64,000 bases of DNA from Sphyrna mokarran (taxonomy: Eukaryota), in NCBI GenBank assembly GCA_024679065.1, contig JAGIQG010000002.1:78926001-78990000 (forward strand), written 5' to 3'. The notes under the pieces are model-generated. The model did not search any database and was not told the origin of the DNA. It saw nothing but the letters and a program-made list of their open reading frames with translations. Positions 1 through 12,993 of this stretch are shown here, piece by piece (positions within the stretch are counted from its first letter, which is position 1; each line of letters starts with the position of its first letter). The translations under genes and the position numbers were made by a program.

Positions 1-474
1 AGAATCTACCTCTCCCTCCCACCCTCATTCTTTACTGAAGCTATTGTTCATGTGTGAGTGTGAGATACCTCAGGTCATGTGCCAAGGGAATGGGCAAGAG
101 GAATGTAAGAGTGCAGGTTCTCAGCTTTTTTCTCCATAGTGCTTAAAGTACAATTTTAAGCCCAAGCCCAGAAGGTGGGAAATGGGAAGGCAAAGAGAAA
201 GAGTTTGGGATGACAACTTGGCACTCCGCGTCTCGAAATACACCAGCTCTCATTGTTTAACCCGCAAGTCATAATACTGCTGATTTGAAACAAGTTTGAG
301 TCCTCAATGGGTTTTCTGTGCTTTAAGGCATCAAGCAATGGTTTCTAAATTTAAAAAGTTGATTTCTTTAAGATAAGGTTTCACACAAATATATTTATAG
401 GCTTGAAACAGGTGGAGTGAAAGATCGCTGTGCTGGATTTTTCCTGCATTCCAACTGCTTAAATCCTGCATTGC

Positions 475-865
475 AGGGAGAAGGAGGGGAAAGGAGACAG
501 AGCAGGAGGAATGAGAACAGAGAATGAAAAGATGGGATAGCTGCTGAAGCAAGGAAGGGAAGAGGGGATAATGTATCAGAGTTACGATAGGAAAGCAAGG
601 GACAAATTGGCAAAAGGAGGAGGAAGGAGAAGAAGAGTGAGGGGGGAAATTAACCTGATTCCAACTGCTACCACTTCTCCTGCAATCTGACTAATCACCT
701 CTTGTTTTATTTTTAACCTCCTGCTGCTTCCCTCTCCTCCATATCTTCTCTACAGTCTAACTTCATATTCCTGCCCTTTCCTCCTTCTCTCTTCTCCCAA
801 ACACCTCCGCCAGTCCTCTTCTCCCCCCCTTCACCCTGCCATCCTCCATCCTTTCCTCCCAAAAT
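475..865. repeat. Low-complexity purine-rich tract followed by a pyrimidine-rich tract
   Basis: GA-rich about 475-650 and CT-rich about 715-865. Confidence 0.6.
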
Positions 866-934
866 CCATTTCACCTAAAATTTCCATCTGGTATTTACTC
901 AAAGTGAAATACCAAAGGAAATCAACCGCATGTT

Positions 935-975
935 TTCAAATATAACCTAGTGTTGCGAGACTTCTTACTGTGTTT
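935..975 (+). mobile_element. Penelope-like terminal fragment (family A)
   Basis: aacctagtgttgcgagacttcttactgtgttt matches the copy at 29567-29598. Confidence 0.5.
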
Positions 976-1943
976 TCAAATAATCAGGAAGGGTGAATGA
1001 GGCAGGTGCTTTCAGATCAAAACCACTGATGGCCAGGACAAAGGTGCTTAAGGTTCTCTGTTAATGGCAAATTTAGGTTAACAAGCAACTTAATTCAGCA
1101 ACATAGATTTAAAGCAATATCTGTTCTCACCTTGAGATGAGAATAGCACACCCACATTTTTGTTGAGACTGTTTCTCAGTCTCAATCATATCCTACACAT
1201 TCTGTTTATATGAAATTCACTCCTGAATTAAAGTTATGTCTTAAATGCAAATGTAACATCCTTTTGATATCTTCTTTCCTGGAAATTAGACTCTCCCTCC
1301 CCCAATTTATACACCGCAATAAAGAGACACCCATCCCAACTTTGTTAGCTACAACTCATACTGCAGCAACAATTGCCAGGATTCAAGGAGACCGTGTCCT
1401 ACCAAACTGAACATCTCAACAAAATGTCAAAAATGTACAAAGAAATAAGAGTCCACAGGATATCAAAGGCACATTGGAGACATTGGTGTCTTGGAGTTGG
1501 AAGTACACAATTTTGATGATGGCAGTATGGTTTGGCACTCAGTTCAGAGTTGATCAGAGCAGCTAGATTGTGTACCATCTGCCTAGGTTTGAATGGGATC
1601 CAAAAAAAATGGAATAAACTCAGGAACTAGGGCACAGAGTTTCTGTTGGAGGCTGAACAGAATGGCTTTGACCTTGTCAATACTGAGCCACAAGTGTCAG
1701 TCTTCATCTTGCCAGGCTCCTGCTTTGTCCAAAAATCCGATATGAGTAAATGACATATTTTATAAAATGAATATTCATAACCTTCTAAACTAACGCATTC
1801 AATGTAAACAACTGAATCTATTCCATTTTTCAGGATAGTGCCTCATCCTCATTTAAATCCAATGCATCTGTTGCATTCTTGGAGTAGTTTGAGGGATTAT
1901 TTTAACATACTTGCAATATCTTTCATCCATTATATCCACTTAC

Positions 1944-2004
1944 TGTACAAGGGGTCTGCATCCAAGGCTCTCCATCGATTTGCATCGGCAGGAACTTGCT
2001 GGTT
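1944..2004 (-). CDS. DGKB: DGKB penultimate coding exon (61 bp; not in the ORF track)
   Basis: Translates (R)[20 protein letters not shown], with the DGK PMQxDGEPW motif. Acceptor ctttccag| and donor |gtaagt. AG plus A makes AGA (Arg), in frame with the previous exon. Confidence 0.97.
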
Positions 2005-2463
2005 CTGGAAAGGAATAAAGAAATGGAGACATTGCAATAACTGAGAGATTATAAGAACTCACGGCAAAAAATGGACCACAAGTGTTTTACTGTAATTGAT
2101 GGAGCGTTTACAGTTTCAAGGCCACAAAATTTTGTGACTTGTGCGCCAGACATTGAAGTGACAGTGCTCAATTTGACACTTTCAGCAGATTTGAATGAAT
2201 TGTGTTTGCACCAGTAGCTAGCTTAATGGAAAACATGTGCAAAACCTAAAAAGGAGCTTAAATGTAAAGAGATGAATGTACTTAAAGTATTTGAACAATT
2301 ATTGATCTTGCCTTTATAAAGCTTCAAAGCTTGTTTGAATAGTTTGCCAGGGCTGGGGGAAGGATTGGAAAATAACGACAAGCAAAAATGAAGTGAAACA
2401 AAGCCTGAAGTATAGTTGAATTCCAGTTTGATGGCTGGCAGGATGAATGCACGGAGGGTTATC

Positions 2464-2484
2464 ATATATATATATATATATATA
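2464..2484. repeat. (AT)n microsatellite
   Basis: About 10 perfect AT units. Confidence 0.95.
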
Positions 2485-2494
2485 GAACTTCATA

Positions 2495-2849
2495 GTGCCC
2501 TGTGGTGACACAGTGGTTAGCACTGCTTCCTCTCAGCTTCAGGGACCTGGGTTTGATTCCCAGCTTGGGTCACTATCTGTGTGGAGTTTGCACGTTCTCC
2601 CTGTGTCTGCATGGGTTTCCTCTGCATGTCCCAATTTCGTCCCACAGTCTCAAAATAAGGGTTAGCTATTCCAAAGATGTGTGGGTTAGATTGATTGGTT
2701 ATGCTAAATTGCCTTAGTATCCTGGGATGCATGGGTTCACGGGATTACAGAGTAAATATTGTGGAGTTATGGGGATTGGGGTTAGGTGAGATTGTTGTGG
2801 GTGCAGATTCAATGGGCCAAATGTCTTCCTTCTGTACTTTTATGTTTCA
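2495..2849 (+). mobile_element. HE1-type V-SINE with CR1/HER1-like tail
   Basis: tRNA-like head (cagtggttagcact, ggtttgattcc) and V-domain gtggagtttgcacgttctccctgtgtctgcatgggtttcct. Confidence 0.9.
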
Positions 2850-2995
2850 CAGAGGACAGACTGTAACCAGGCTCAACAATATACGCAGTAATGGGTACCA
2901 CCTACACTGTTTGAACCTGTGAAATGTCTTGTCTCCTCCCAACCTTTCTGAAAGTAAAGTAATTAAAACGTTGGTCTTTGCTAACAATTACTACA

Positions 2996-4003
2996 GGGGC
3001 AATTCTCCAGAAAAAATTCTAAGTATCAAATTTGCAGAAAAACTGGAGTAATTCATGCTGGTTTTTTCAGTGAGAGTTTCAAAATAAACCTCCCACACTT
3101 GAAATCTCCCATACACTGACGTGAATCTCATTGAAAATCAGTCAGCTATTCCCGCTGGAGAAGGCAGCAGCATAGTGCTGAGTAGGCCACTGTGCATGTG
3201 CCAATCGTCAGTGCTGTGATCAGCACATAAGCAGTATCCCTGCACTGCTGGCTCCCCAGTTGCTGGTCAGCTCGGTCACTGGCCAGCATTGTGACCCCTG
3301 CATCACTGGCTGTGCGTCCCCCATCATCTGTGCTGACCCCCTGGATGTGTTTGGGCAGGCCCATCCCCACCATACCCCACTCCGACCCCCTCCCCAGCAG
3401 GCTGGCCCTTCCCCACCCTGATGCCCAGCCTAGATTGCTGGCTTCTCTCCTTATGTCACTCAGCCCAAGTACAGGAGCCCCCACAGCCGCCAATCTCCTC
3501 CCTAGAGGCCCTGCCTCATCCATTAGGCCCCACCCACTTGGCACTGCCCGATACCTGATGGCAGTGTCAAGGTGTCCTCCAGCATTGGCACTTTTCTCCT
3601 TGGGCACTGCTAGGGGCTCCAGACTGGCAATGCTCTTCTGATGCCTGACATTCTGGGGGGCCTCAACTGCCCTGCCTCACTCCAGCGGGCGAGGCTGCCA
3701 GCTTTTCACAAGTGGAGAGCTATAGTGCACCCCGCTGGAGCGAACTATTCCTGGCTGGGGTGGTGAGATGCCAGCAGGTCCAGATGATTTCAGTCCCAGG
3801 CCTGCTAATAAGATGGAAATTATATTATAATGAGACTTAACATAATTTATGAAGCTCTGTGCCGATTTCTGGGGTAGAGCTGACAGCACCCTGGAAATCC
3901 GGCTTGTGAAGGACATGGCACCCAGTGGGGGGGGCCCATGAAATAGCCTCTGCTCGAGTCTCCCAGCCTGCCATTCTACAAAAGCACAGTGAGATAGGAG
4001 AAT
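2996..4003. mobile_element. Non-autonomous DNA transposon relic (Harbinger-like)
   Basis: GC-rich block starting ggggcaattctcc and ending ggagaat (partial TIR). Confidence 0.5.
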
Positions 4004-4024
4004 AAATTGATATACATCGCTATT

Positions 4025-4445
4025 GATGTTCAAGAGAATGATCCCAAGAAGAAAAAGTTTGACATTTGAGGAATGCCTGAGGATTGTCTATACTTACTTA
4101 AGTTTAGAGTTTAGAGGGACGGGAGTTGGTCTCATTGAATCTTACACAATATTGAAAGTGCTGGATAAAGTGGATATGGAAAATATTTTTCTATTAATTG
4201 GCGAGATTAGGATCCGAGGGTGCAGCCTCAGAGTAAAGAGTTGAGAAGTTATTTTTTTCAGCTGGAGACTGGGGAATTTATGGAATTTGTTGCCATAGAA
4301 GACTGTGGAAGCCAAGTCACAGAGGTATATAGGTTCTTGATTTGTAAGAGGATTAAAGGTTATTGGAAAAAGGCAGGAAAATTGGGTTGAGATATTTATC
4401 AACCGTGACTGAATGGCCAAATTCTGCTCCAGGCTCTTCTGTATC
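4025..4445 (+). mobile_element. CR1 LINE 3' fragment, decayed
   Basis: FKRMIP..LTFEECLR..LIESYTILKVLDKVD aligns with the CR1 ORF2 C-terminus at 13080-13450. Confidence 0.85.
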
Positions 4446-4749
4446 TCCTGGAGTATTGATAGTGTTGAAAATATACCAGGTGTCATTATATCTGTTTTGG
4501 TGTTTTCTCACAAACTTATCTTCCTCTCTAGATCATGAAGCATCTTCATTCCTCTATCTGATGTTATTTAAATTTTTGATTCTTCTGGATTTTCCCAGAA
4601 TTAATCATCCTAACAGGTCTGTGAATAACCCAGAAGATTATTGGGGTATATGTTTCTCCCATGTCATTTTGGCCAGAGCAGCAACAAATGAATTCTAAAA
4701 GTCTATGTTAAAAACTAACAAGATACAATTCCATTCAATAGCAAGGAAG

Positions 4750-5052
4750 AGGCAGTGGCTAGTAGTATTGTCGCTGGGCTAGTAATCCAGAGACCCAGGT
4801 CAATGTTATGAGGCCCCATCAAGGCAGATGGTGAAATTTGAGCTCAGTAAAACTTTGGAATTAAAAACCTGATGATCATTATCATAAAAATCTATCTGTT
4901 TCATTAATGTCCTTGAGAGAAGGAAATCTGTTGTCCTTACCTGGTCTGGCCTACATGTGACTCCAGATCCACAGCAGTGTGGTTGACTCTTAAAATTCCA
5001 ATAAATGCTGGCCTAGCCAGTGACATCCACATCTCATGAACAAATTAAAAAA
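4750..5052 (+). mobile_element. tRNA-headed SINE, family 2
   Basis: Shares ccttacctggtctggcctacatgtgactccag and the aataaatgctggcc tail with 19887-20256. Confidence 0.8.
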
Positions 5053-5323
5053 TGTATATGTTTAGTTTGTGCTAATGTGAACTACAAAGTTAATTTGAAT
5101 GAATAGTTTGTTTCAACATGAAATGTTGCTGCTTCATTCAAATCCAACTTGGTTTGAATTAGTCAGACTAGTTGAGTTTCCTAAGCTGCTTAGCTTCATC
5201 TTTCTGGAAAAGGGAATTAATTTGTCAAAGATGTCTAACCACTCAAGTTTTTGGCCTCAATGGAATTCATTTACAGGTAATAACAAAAGCAGAGGTGGGT
5301 CAATTCCTCTTGAAACTAATTGC

Positions 5324-5799
5324 TTATCCTCAACAACTCTATGTATTCCTTAAACTACACATTCAAATCAAAAGAGCTCTGAATCCTTGGCCTGGCTAAA
5401 ATTTAATTTGAAAAAATAAGCAGAAAATTTGTAATGTGAAGTGAGACAGAGCTTTGTTCCTGTCCTGTGGTGTTCAACCAAAGCTATGATCGTAGTTATC
5501 AGCTTTCTTCCCAAATCAATCAATCTGTTCTGTAGTCGATTGATCCTTCAGGCTCATTTCCTATTAACTTGAGGATTTCTCTAGGACTTGCACATCACTT
5601 ACTGCCACACAGTACTTAGTCACTTACTGCCACACAGGATGAGCTTCAAGCATTTATTAGTGATATCTTGCACTCTCTAAAATCCAGCAATGAAGTAACA
5701 TTCTAGCTGCAATAATTGTACCTTCAATATGAAATTAGATGTTGTTGCTATCATCTTGACTAGTCTATTCATATAGGCATGGCACATTATATTTTTAAA
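5324..5799 (+). repeat. Long inverted repeat, left arm
   Basis: Reverse complement of 6738-7189, with about 12 substitutions, a 1-nt indel and a 25-nt insertion by manual alignment. Confidence 0.97.
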
Positions 5800-6083
5800 G
5801 TTAAATTTAATAGTCACAAGCAGGCTTACATTAACGTTGCAATGAAGTTACTATGAAAATCCCTGAGTAGCCACACTCCGGCGCCTATTCAGGTACACTG
5901 GGAGAGAATTTAACATGGCCAATGCACCTAATTAGCATGTCTTTTGGACTGTGGGAGGAAACTGGCGTACCAGGAGGAAATCTATGCTTACATGGGGAGA
6001 ACGTGCAGAAGGTGATCCAAGCCGGAAATTGAACCTCGGCCCCTGGAACTGTGGGACAACAATGCTAGCAACTGTGTACCCGT
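5800..6083 (-). mobile_element. V-SINE with alternative tail (actaataaa..ctttaaa type)
   Basis: Reverse complement of the head, V-domain and tail seen at 33950-34258. Confidence 0.88.
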
Positions 6084-6737
6084 CTATTGTAGTGGTAATT
6101 GGGAATTACAATTGAGGATACTGGTGACCTTGTTTATCATTTATTAACTTGTACTTATGTTTTAAGTTGTCCACAGATGATAATACTTTACCCTGCTAAC
6201 CTGGAAAAAATTAAGACAATTATTGATTGATATACAGCTGTACCAAGGTCTATGGATGTGATAATAGAGCTTGTTGATCTCCACTGCAACTAAGAAATAA
6301 TATATTTAAGAAGCTTTAAAATAAGTTTATCTTATGGAGATAAAAATAGGCCCAAATTATTTCTTGAAAAATACTTATTAATATACATTTCAAAAATGTG
6401 CAAAGTGTGCTGTATTAAAAAGGGACTCCAAACATTTCAATAAAATGTACACAACAAAGTCTGTCTGGCCAAGGAAATTTCCTTGCTCCATTCCAAATGG
6501 ACAATTTGGCCCAAGTACTGTGCAAGAATTTAATTTTAATGATTCTGTAATAGATCTGTGATCTAAATGCAGCTCTGGTACAAATGAGCACAATAAGTTC
6601 AACTCAATATATCTAGAAGATATAATAGTAGCCAGAGATAAATGGGCACAGGCTATCACTCTTGACTGAGCATTTCCTCTGCCTGGTTGTAGATCTTCTT
6701 TCCTGGTCCACAGAATAGCTAAATCAGTCCTTGTTAG

Positions 6738-7189
6738 TTTAAAAATATAATGTGCCATACCTATATGAATAGACTAGTCAAGATGATAGCAACAACATCT
6801 AATTTCATATTGAAGGTACAATTATTGCAGGTAGAATGTTACTTCATTGCTGGATTTTAGAAGGTGCAAGATATCACTAATAAATGCTTGAAGCTCATCC
6901 TGTGTGGCAGTAAGTGATGTGCAAGTCCTAGAGAAATCCTCAAGTTAATAGGAAATGAGCCTGAAGAATCGATCAACTACAGAACAGATTGATTGATTTG
7001 GGAAGAAAGCCGATAACTACGATCATAGCTTTGGTTGAACACCACAGGACACGAACAAAGCACTGTCTCACTTCACATTACAAATTTTCTGCTTATTTTT
7101 TCAAATTAAATTTTAGCCAGGCCAAGGATTCGGAAGCTCTTTTGATTTGAATGTGTAGATTAAGGAATACATAGAGTTGTTGAGGATAA
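6738..7189 (-). repeat. Long inverted repeat, right arm
   Basis: Reverse complement of 5324-5799. Confidence 0.97.
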
Positions 7190-7351
7190 CGTCAAGTTGC
7201 ATAGTTTTCACTGACAGCATCCAAACAATATGTTTATTTAGAAACAAAAATGATGGAATTTGCATTGTGAGCATTTAAACCATAATACTGCATGAATAAA
7301 TCAAACCAAATATCATGATATACAATATCCTCTGGTTACTCTGAAACATAC

Positions 7352-7472
7352 CTGATAGTTAGCAAGGAGCATTGCGCTAGCCTTTTCCCTGCACTTTTTA
7401 GCCCTGTGTAGATCTGTCCCATCTCCATGGCCCCTTCCAGGCCAATCACTTCAAATAGCTGATCACTTGCAT
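7352..7472 (-). CDS. DGKB: DGKB internal coding exon (121 bp)
   Basis: Translates (D)[39 protein letters not shown](R). Acceptor ttcttttcag| and donor |gtatgt. The trailing G of the upstream exon plus AT makes GAT (Asp), so phases match. Confidence 0.97.
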
Positions 7473-7767
7473 CTGAAAAGAAAAAAAAACAAGAATAGAA
7501 TGAAATACCATGCTTATGAAATTCAATCTCGTCAAAATATTCTCTTGATTCCCACTCGATATCCAATCTCTTTTTCACAGCACTTTGGAAAGTCCCATTA
7601 GATCAAGTTACAATTTTAAGCTTGAATTTTTGTGCTGTAATATCTACACAGAAAATTGGCATTTCTGTTCCTGTCCACTGACCAGTGGCAGTGGTGTGTT
7701 ACAGATCACTTCGGCAGTCCAAGTTGCTGTGGCAAAATACACTTTGAAATGAATGTTGTAGTCTTGG

Positions 7768-8012
7768 TCTGGAGGGACATTTTTTTTCACACAGAAAGTG
7801 GTGAGTGTCTGGAAGAAGCTGCCAGAAGCAGCAATAGAGGTGGGTACAATTTTGTCTTTTAGAAAGCATTTAGATAGTTGATAGGTAAAATTGGTATGGA
7901 GGGATATGGGCTAAATGGAGCCAATTGAGAGTGGCTTAATGGTTAAAAAAAGGGGCAGCATGGACAAGTTAGGCTGAAAGGCCTGTTTTCATGCTGCAGC
8001 CTCTATTACCTC
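7768..8012 (+). mobile_element. CR1 LINE 3' end
   Basis: FFTQKVVSVW-like coding end, then 3'UTR ggctgaaaggcctgttt and tail. Confidence 0.8.
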
Positions 8013-8063
8013 TTGATGCTGAGTTTGGTTGGTCTTCCTCCTGCTTGACTCTGTCACATTAAG

Positions 8064-8390
8064 TGGGTGGCACAATTGCACAGCGGTTAGCACTGTTGCT
8101 TCACAGCACCAGGGACCCACATTTGATACCCAGGTTGGGTCACCATCTGTATGGAGCTTGCACATTCTCCCTCTGGCTGCATGGGTTTCCTTCGGGTGCC
8201 CCGATTTCCTTCCACAGTCCAAAGGTGTGCAGTTTAGGCAAATTGGCCAAACTAAATTTTCCCTCAGTGTCAATGGGATTAGCTAGGGTAAATGCAGAGG
8301 GTTACGGGGATAGGGAATGGGTAGAATTGTTGTTAGTGTACACTCAATGGTTCGGATGGCCGCCTTCAGCACTGTAGGATTCTATGATTA
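8064..8390 (+). mobile_element. HE1-type V-SINE
   Basis: Head, V-domain and ggattctatgatt tail. Confidence 0.9.
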
Positions 8391-10734
8391 TTAATATGGT
8401 CTCAGTTGTTAGGAACATTAGAAGACTTGACTGAAATAGTTGCAAGAAAAACAAGATTCAGTACATAGAATAGAAAGTTCAGCAATGAGAAAAATGGTAT
8501 AAATAGTTTCTAATGTATATATTGGCAACGAGAAAAAAATAACTGCTAACATAAAACAAGTGGTGACAGAAAAAGCAAGGATGTGGGAGTTAGAATCAGA
8601 CTCCAATAGCATGTTGCGTCCCTTCAGTTAGAATTGCTTGTATAGCTCACAGTTATCTGCTCACATATATTGACAACTTCTAAAACTTAGAAAATATGCA
8701 CTATGAAGGGTTTCAATTTTGATCAATGGACAGATAGCTGGTTAGCAGCAGAGCCAACCAATCTTCAAGTGAAAATCATGGCAGAGAATAACCAGACACA
8801 TATTTTTGCCAGACTTGCTGAGAATCTGTGTGGTTGAGAAAAGAATGGAATTGTACACCAAGATTAGCACAACAGCTGGAAAGATGAGAAAATGGAATTT
8901 AGCTTGTTTCTCTGTTATTGCCATTATGAAAATAATTGCCATTAATGAAACTGTACAACTTTTATATTAATCTTAAAAGTGTAAACTTGTAAAACACTAT
9001 AATTTTTTCATTCATAGCAAATGTACTATTTGTTTATTGTGGCTAATGAGAGCAGCTATTGAGCCACCCAGCTTCTTTGGCATTCTGAGGAACTTTATGT
9101 GGGAGGTTGATGCTTTGATCCAAATATAATGTTTTTGAATACGTATTTGCTGACAGTCTTGTGGTCACCTTTCGAGGTAAGCTGTGTTCCTATGCACTAC
9201 TTTTGAATGCCTGGGGGCAGATTTTCCAGACACCGAAATTGACTTTGGATTGGAACACCATTTCAAATCTTAATGATCCATGAGCCTACTGTTGTGGTCT
9301 TATCTCTCATTTGCTTTTTACTCTCGAAAAGATCATGCCAGAGACAATTGTCTTTTGTTGAAAACACGTTTGTTTGAAATAACTATTGCAAAAGTTCAAT
9401 AAGATAATGGTATAGTTGGAGCTATTCTCTAAGATGCTTCACTCTCAATCTCCTTTCAGTGAGTGACACCATTCTTTACGCACTTGCTCAGTAAATATTA
9501 TTAGAATTGACTCTTTACTCGACAGGGAGCAATGAAATTTCCTGCCCTAGGTCATGTATGAAACTATGAGACACACTCCAGTGACTACATGCCAGGCCTT
9601 GGAGATTCCAACCATAGTGTGCATAGAATCAGAGAATGATAAAGCATGGAAGGAGACCATTTGATCAATTGTTGACAGAGACTGGCAGCAGATTTTGCAT
9701 GGAAGTTCTCCAATGGTCAGGCTTAAGTTGTAAAATCAGTTTCTGCCCTTAAACATTTTAATTCTTATAATTTTATGATCGTTCTTTCCCCAAGATCTTG
9801 CTGGTGACCAGATTTGTTTTCTGGCTGACCTTTATGTTGACCGGTGGGTGGGTGGAATGGTAGTGGTGGTGGTGATGGTGAGGTTGCAGGGCTAAGGGAT
9901 GTTGTTTTCATGACTCTGTCAAGCCCATATGTACTGTGAGTAGCAGCTCAACTCCAGCATCTCAGAAATCCTAGAACTTTCCTCAGGCTATGCAAACTGG
10001 GCACAGACACAATGAACTTACAGGAACAAGGTCAGGAAGATTGGTGATCTGTTTGTTTCCAAAGTAAAAATTTTGCAAATCTATCCTCATGTACAAAAAC
10101 TGGTTTGAAGGAATGTTTACTTGGGAGAAGTAGACAAAGAGCTTACAGCTGTAATGATTCTGACACATGGCACAGTCATTTGAGATTTAAAAAAACTGTG
10201 TGTGTTTTACTGTTCTATATTTCTGGTGCAGAGCATCAGTTGCTAGGGGCTTAGACCAGGAAATAGAATGAAAATTTCAGAGGCTTCCATTGGATTTTAC
10301 ATCCATTCATTTTAATCTTAATTTATCTATAGTTTCACATTGGCAGAATAAAAATACATAAGGTAATCCAAGACCAACAGTTCTAACAAAACTGTAGTCA
10401 AAATATTAGATGTTATTCAAACGTATGCGATTGTGGCAAATTTTCCTGTTCTTGCTTCTTGGATCACTGGATGAAGAGGAATCATACAGATAGATCCCAT
10501 GTTGGTAAATTAAACTATAGATAATTGGACAGACTCTCCTCAGGTTTGAGATTCTTCATACATGACTTTTCTCTGTTCACTGACTGAGCTGCTTCAATAT
10601 ACCCAGATGGAAAAACAGGAAAATTTACCAGATCATTTCACTTATCAATGTTTATTCTACATCTTTAAATAGCAGCAGACATGTTTCTGGCATCTGAGAA
10701 GATTGAAGATCTCCATTAAAATGGTATCTCACAT

Positions 10735-10907
10735 CTTAGTTCACTACTGGCGCAAAGTGATGTCAACAGCATGGGTTCAATTCCCGTACTGACAGAGTTT
10801 ATTCATGAAGGCCCTGCCTTCTTAGCCTGAGCCCTTGCCTGAAGTGTGGTGATCGTCAGGTTAAATCAACCAACCTAAAGTCATTGAGGGCTATGATGAT
10901 TTTACCT
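10735..10907 (+). mobile_element. Short tRNA-derived SINE, third family
   Basis: B-box gggttcaattccc, body, and ctatgatgattttacct tail. Confidence 0.55.
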
Positions 10908-11869
10908 CCTCAATGGGACTCACAAAAGACACAATACGCATTTCAATACATTCTCCAAGTATTCCCAGAAAGAATATTGGTTAATCTATTACCTCATATT
11001 CAATCTCAAGGAAGTTCTAAACTATAAAATATTGGATTTAGTAATTTCCTTGTCTTGATTTTATTTCTTCCTATTTACTCTTAATTAATCTCCTCAATTG
11101 TTGGACCAGATGATGCACCTCACCAGAAGGAGTAATGCCACCTGATGGTTTACCAGCACCCTGACAGAGCTTTGTAATGATAGGGTTGCAGATCAGTGAA
11201 GAACTGTGAAGATTGTGTTGTGCATATTATACCCTGCTATTCTGCTGTTTTTTCTGTGACTTCCCTGCTGCTGGCAAGTTTGGCTCTGCTTTTGGGCCAT
11301 TCTGGCAGGAGCAGCACTCATCACTGAAAGGTAATCCTCATGTATTGAAGCTATTTGTTGATTCTTGCACTGAACGCCACTGTTCCTCTGGCTTTTTGTT
11401 TTACTTTGCTATTGCCTAGCTGACCAAATTGTTCCCCAAACTGGGTTTTGATACCTTTTTCTTGGGCTTCCTTTCATTTGTTTGTTGGTTCTCTGCCCCA
11501 AAGCTGCGTCCAATTCTTTCTCCTCTACTGATCCTGTAAGTGGCAGTAAGCAAATATTCGGGCAAGTACCAGTCTAGAAGTCAGCAGGTAATCAAAACCA
11601 GGTTCAGAGATCCATAGAGGAGAATTACTTGATGTAGAACTAATCAATGGAATAACAGTGAGGCATGCCTATTAGAATTATAAAAACAGTGAGAACATTG
11701 ATACATGCAGCGTGCTGCCAAATCAGTGATGCAATACACAAAGCATCAATCTCAAGTCTTGTATCTAATATTCAAAATAAGTAACCATAACTTGACTTTT
11801 ACTGACTGAGCATGTTCACCTGACCAGGACAACTGCTCAATCTCACTTAAGACACAAAGCTGGCATTGA

Positions 11870-11962
11870 ACAGAGATGGGCACAGTAAGAAATCTCATAA
11901 CATTAGGTTAAAGTCCAACAGTTTAGTATCAGGAGCGTTTGGAGAGCTGCTCCTTCATCGGT
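11870..11962 (-). mobile_element. Penelope-like terminal fragment (family A)
   Basis: cacagtaagaaatctcataacattaggttaaagtccaac plus a decayed hammerhead-like core. Confidence 0.65.
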
Positions 11963-11967
11963 TATTT

Positions 11968-12375
11968 AAAAAAGGATGCACTTGCCCTATAGGAAGTGCA
12001 ACACAGGTTCATTCATCTAATTCTTGGGATGTTGGGATTGTCCTACGGGGAGAGATGAATAGGGTAGTAAGTTATTCCATGGAGTTTAGAAGCATGAGAG
12101 ATCATGTAATTGATACACTTTTTTAAAGGGATTTAACAGCATAGATGCTTAGAAAATGTTTCTACTGGCTGGGGAATCTACAAATTGGGGTCATGAGTCT
12201 CAGAATAAGGGATAGCCATTTAGGATTGAGATAAGAAGAAATTTCTTCATTAAGATAGTTGTGAATCTTTGGAATTCCCTATTCCAGAGAGGTGCCGGAT
12301 GTTCAGACATTGAGAATATTCCAGGCTTGGGTGGATAGATTTTTGGGCACAAAAATAATTAAGGGATATAGATGT
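11968..12375 (+). mobile_element. CR1 LINE 3' fragment, decayed
   Basis: YSMEFRSMRDHVIDT and aatttcttc..gttgtgaatctttggaattc. Confidence 0.8.
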
Positions 12376-12389
12376 TGCGGCTTACTTTA

Positions 12390-12833
12390 AAGTGCTGGCA
12401 AGAGAACATGTCCTAGAAGAGTCAACGGCAGAATCATTACATAATTGGTGTTTTCTATAGGACACCAACTCATAGAAAAAGATAATGAGGAACACGTTTC
12501 CAAGGAAATTGCAGAGAAGTGCAATTTATTTTAGAGTAGCTTTAATATGGGATTTAATTTGTCCTATTATAGACAGAGATGGTAAATAGTTTGAAGGACA
12601 GAGAGGAAGAATTTACAAAATCTGCAGAATTTTCCAGATCATTATGTTTGTGGCCTAATAAAAAAAGGAGGCATCATTGGATCAGGCTCTGGGGAATGAG
12701 ATCAGTCAAACAGATCAAGTGTCAGAAGGAGAGCATTTAAGTGACAATGATCATGGTATTACAAAGTTTAATCTATCTATATAGATAAAGGACAAGGAGC
12801 AGTCTGGAGTAAAATTAGTTAACAGGGAGAAGC
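12390..12833 (+). mobile_element. Old CR1 ORF2 endonuclease-region fragment; continues at 15167-15860
   Basis: Decayed MGDFN-like (atgggatttaat) and SDH-like (gacaatgatcat) motifs. Confidence 0.7.
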
Positions 12834-12993
12834 ATATTATTCATCACATTTTTCCCTCACTTCAGCTCTAAGGAAGAGTCTTACAGATTCAAAATGTTAA
12901 TAAGGAGCAGGATTTTCAAGCTGTTCTCACTGGTTTTCCATTCCTGCTGACTACGACCCCCACTGTGGGTTGTCTGGTAGTCATGATGTAGAG

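Noticed and set aside
1163-1185. Hairpin ttgagactg-tttct-cagtctcaa
   Set aside because: A 9-bp stem is expected by chance in 64 kb
1-1943. Terminal DGKB exon (IKITHKNQAPMLMGPP..)
   Set aside because: Not found; it presumably lies before position 1
3146-3641. Overlapping 153-aa and 116-aa ORFs
   Set aside because: Inside a GC-rich MITE-like relic with no recognisable domain
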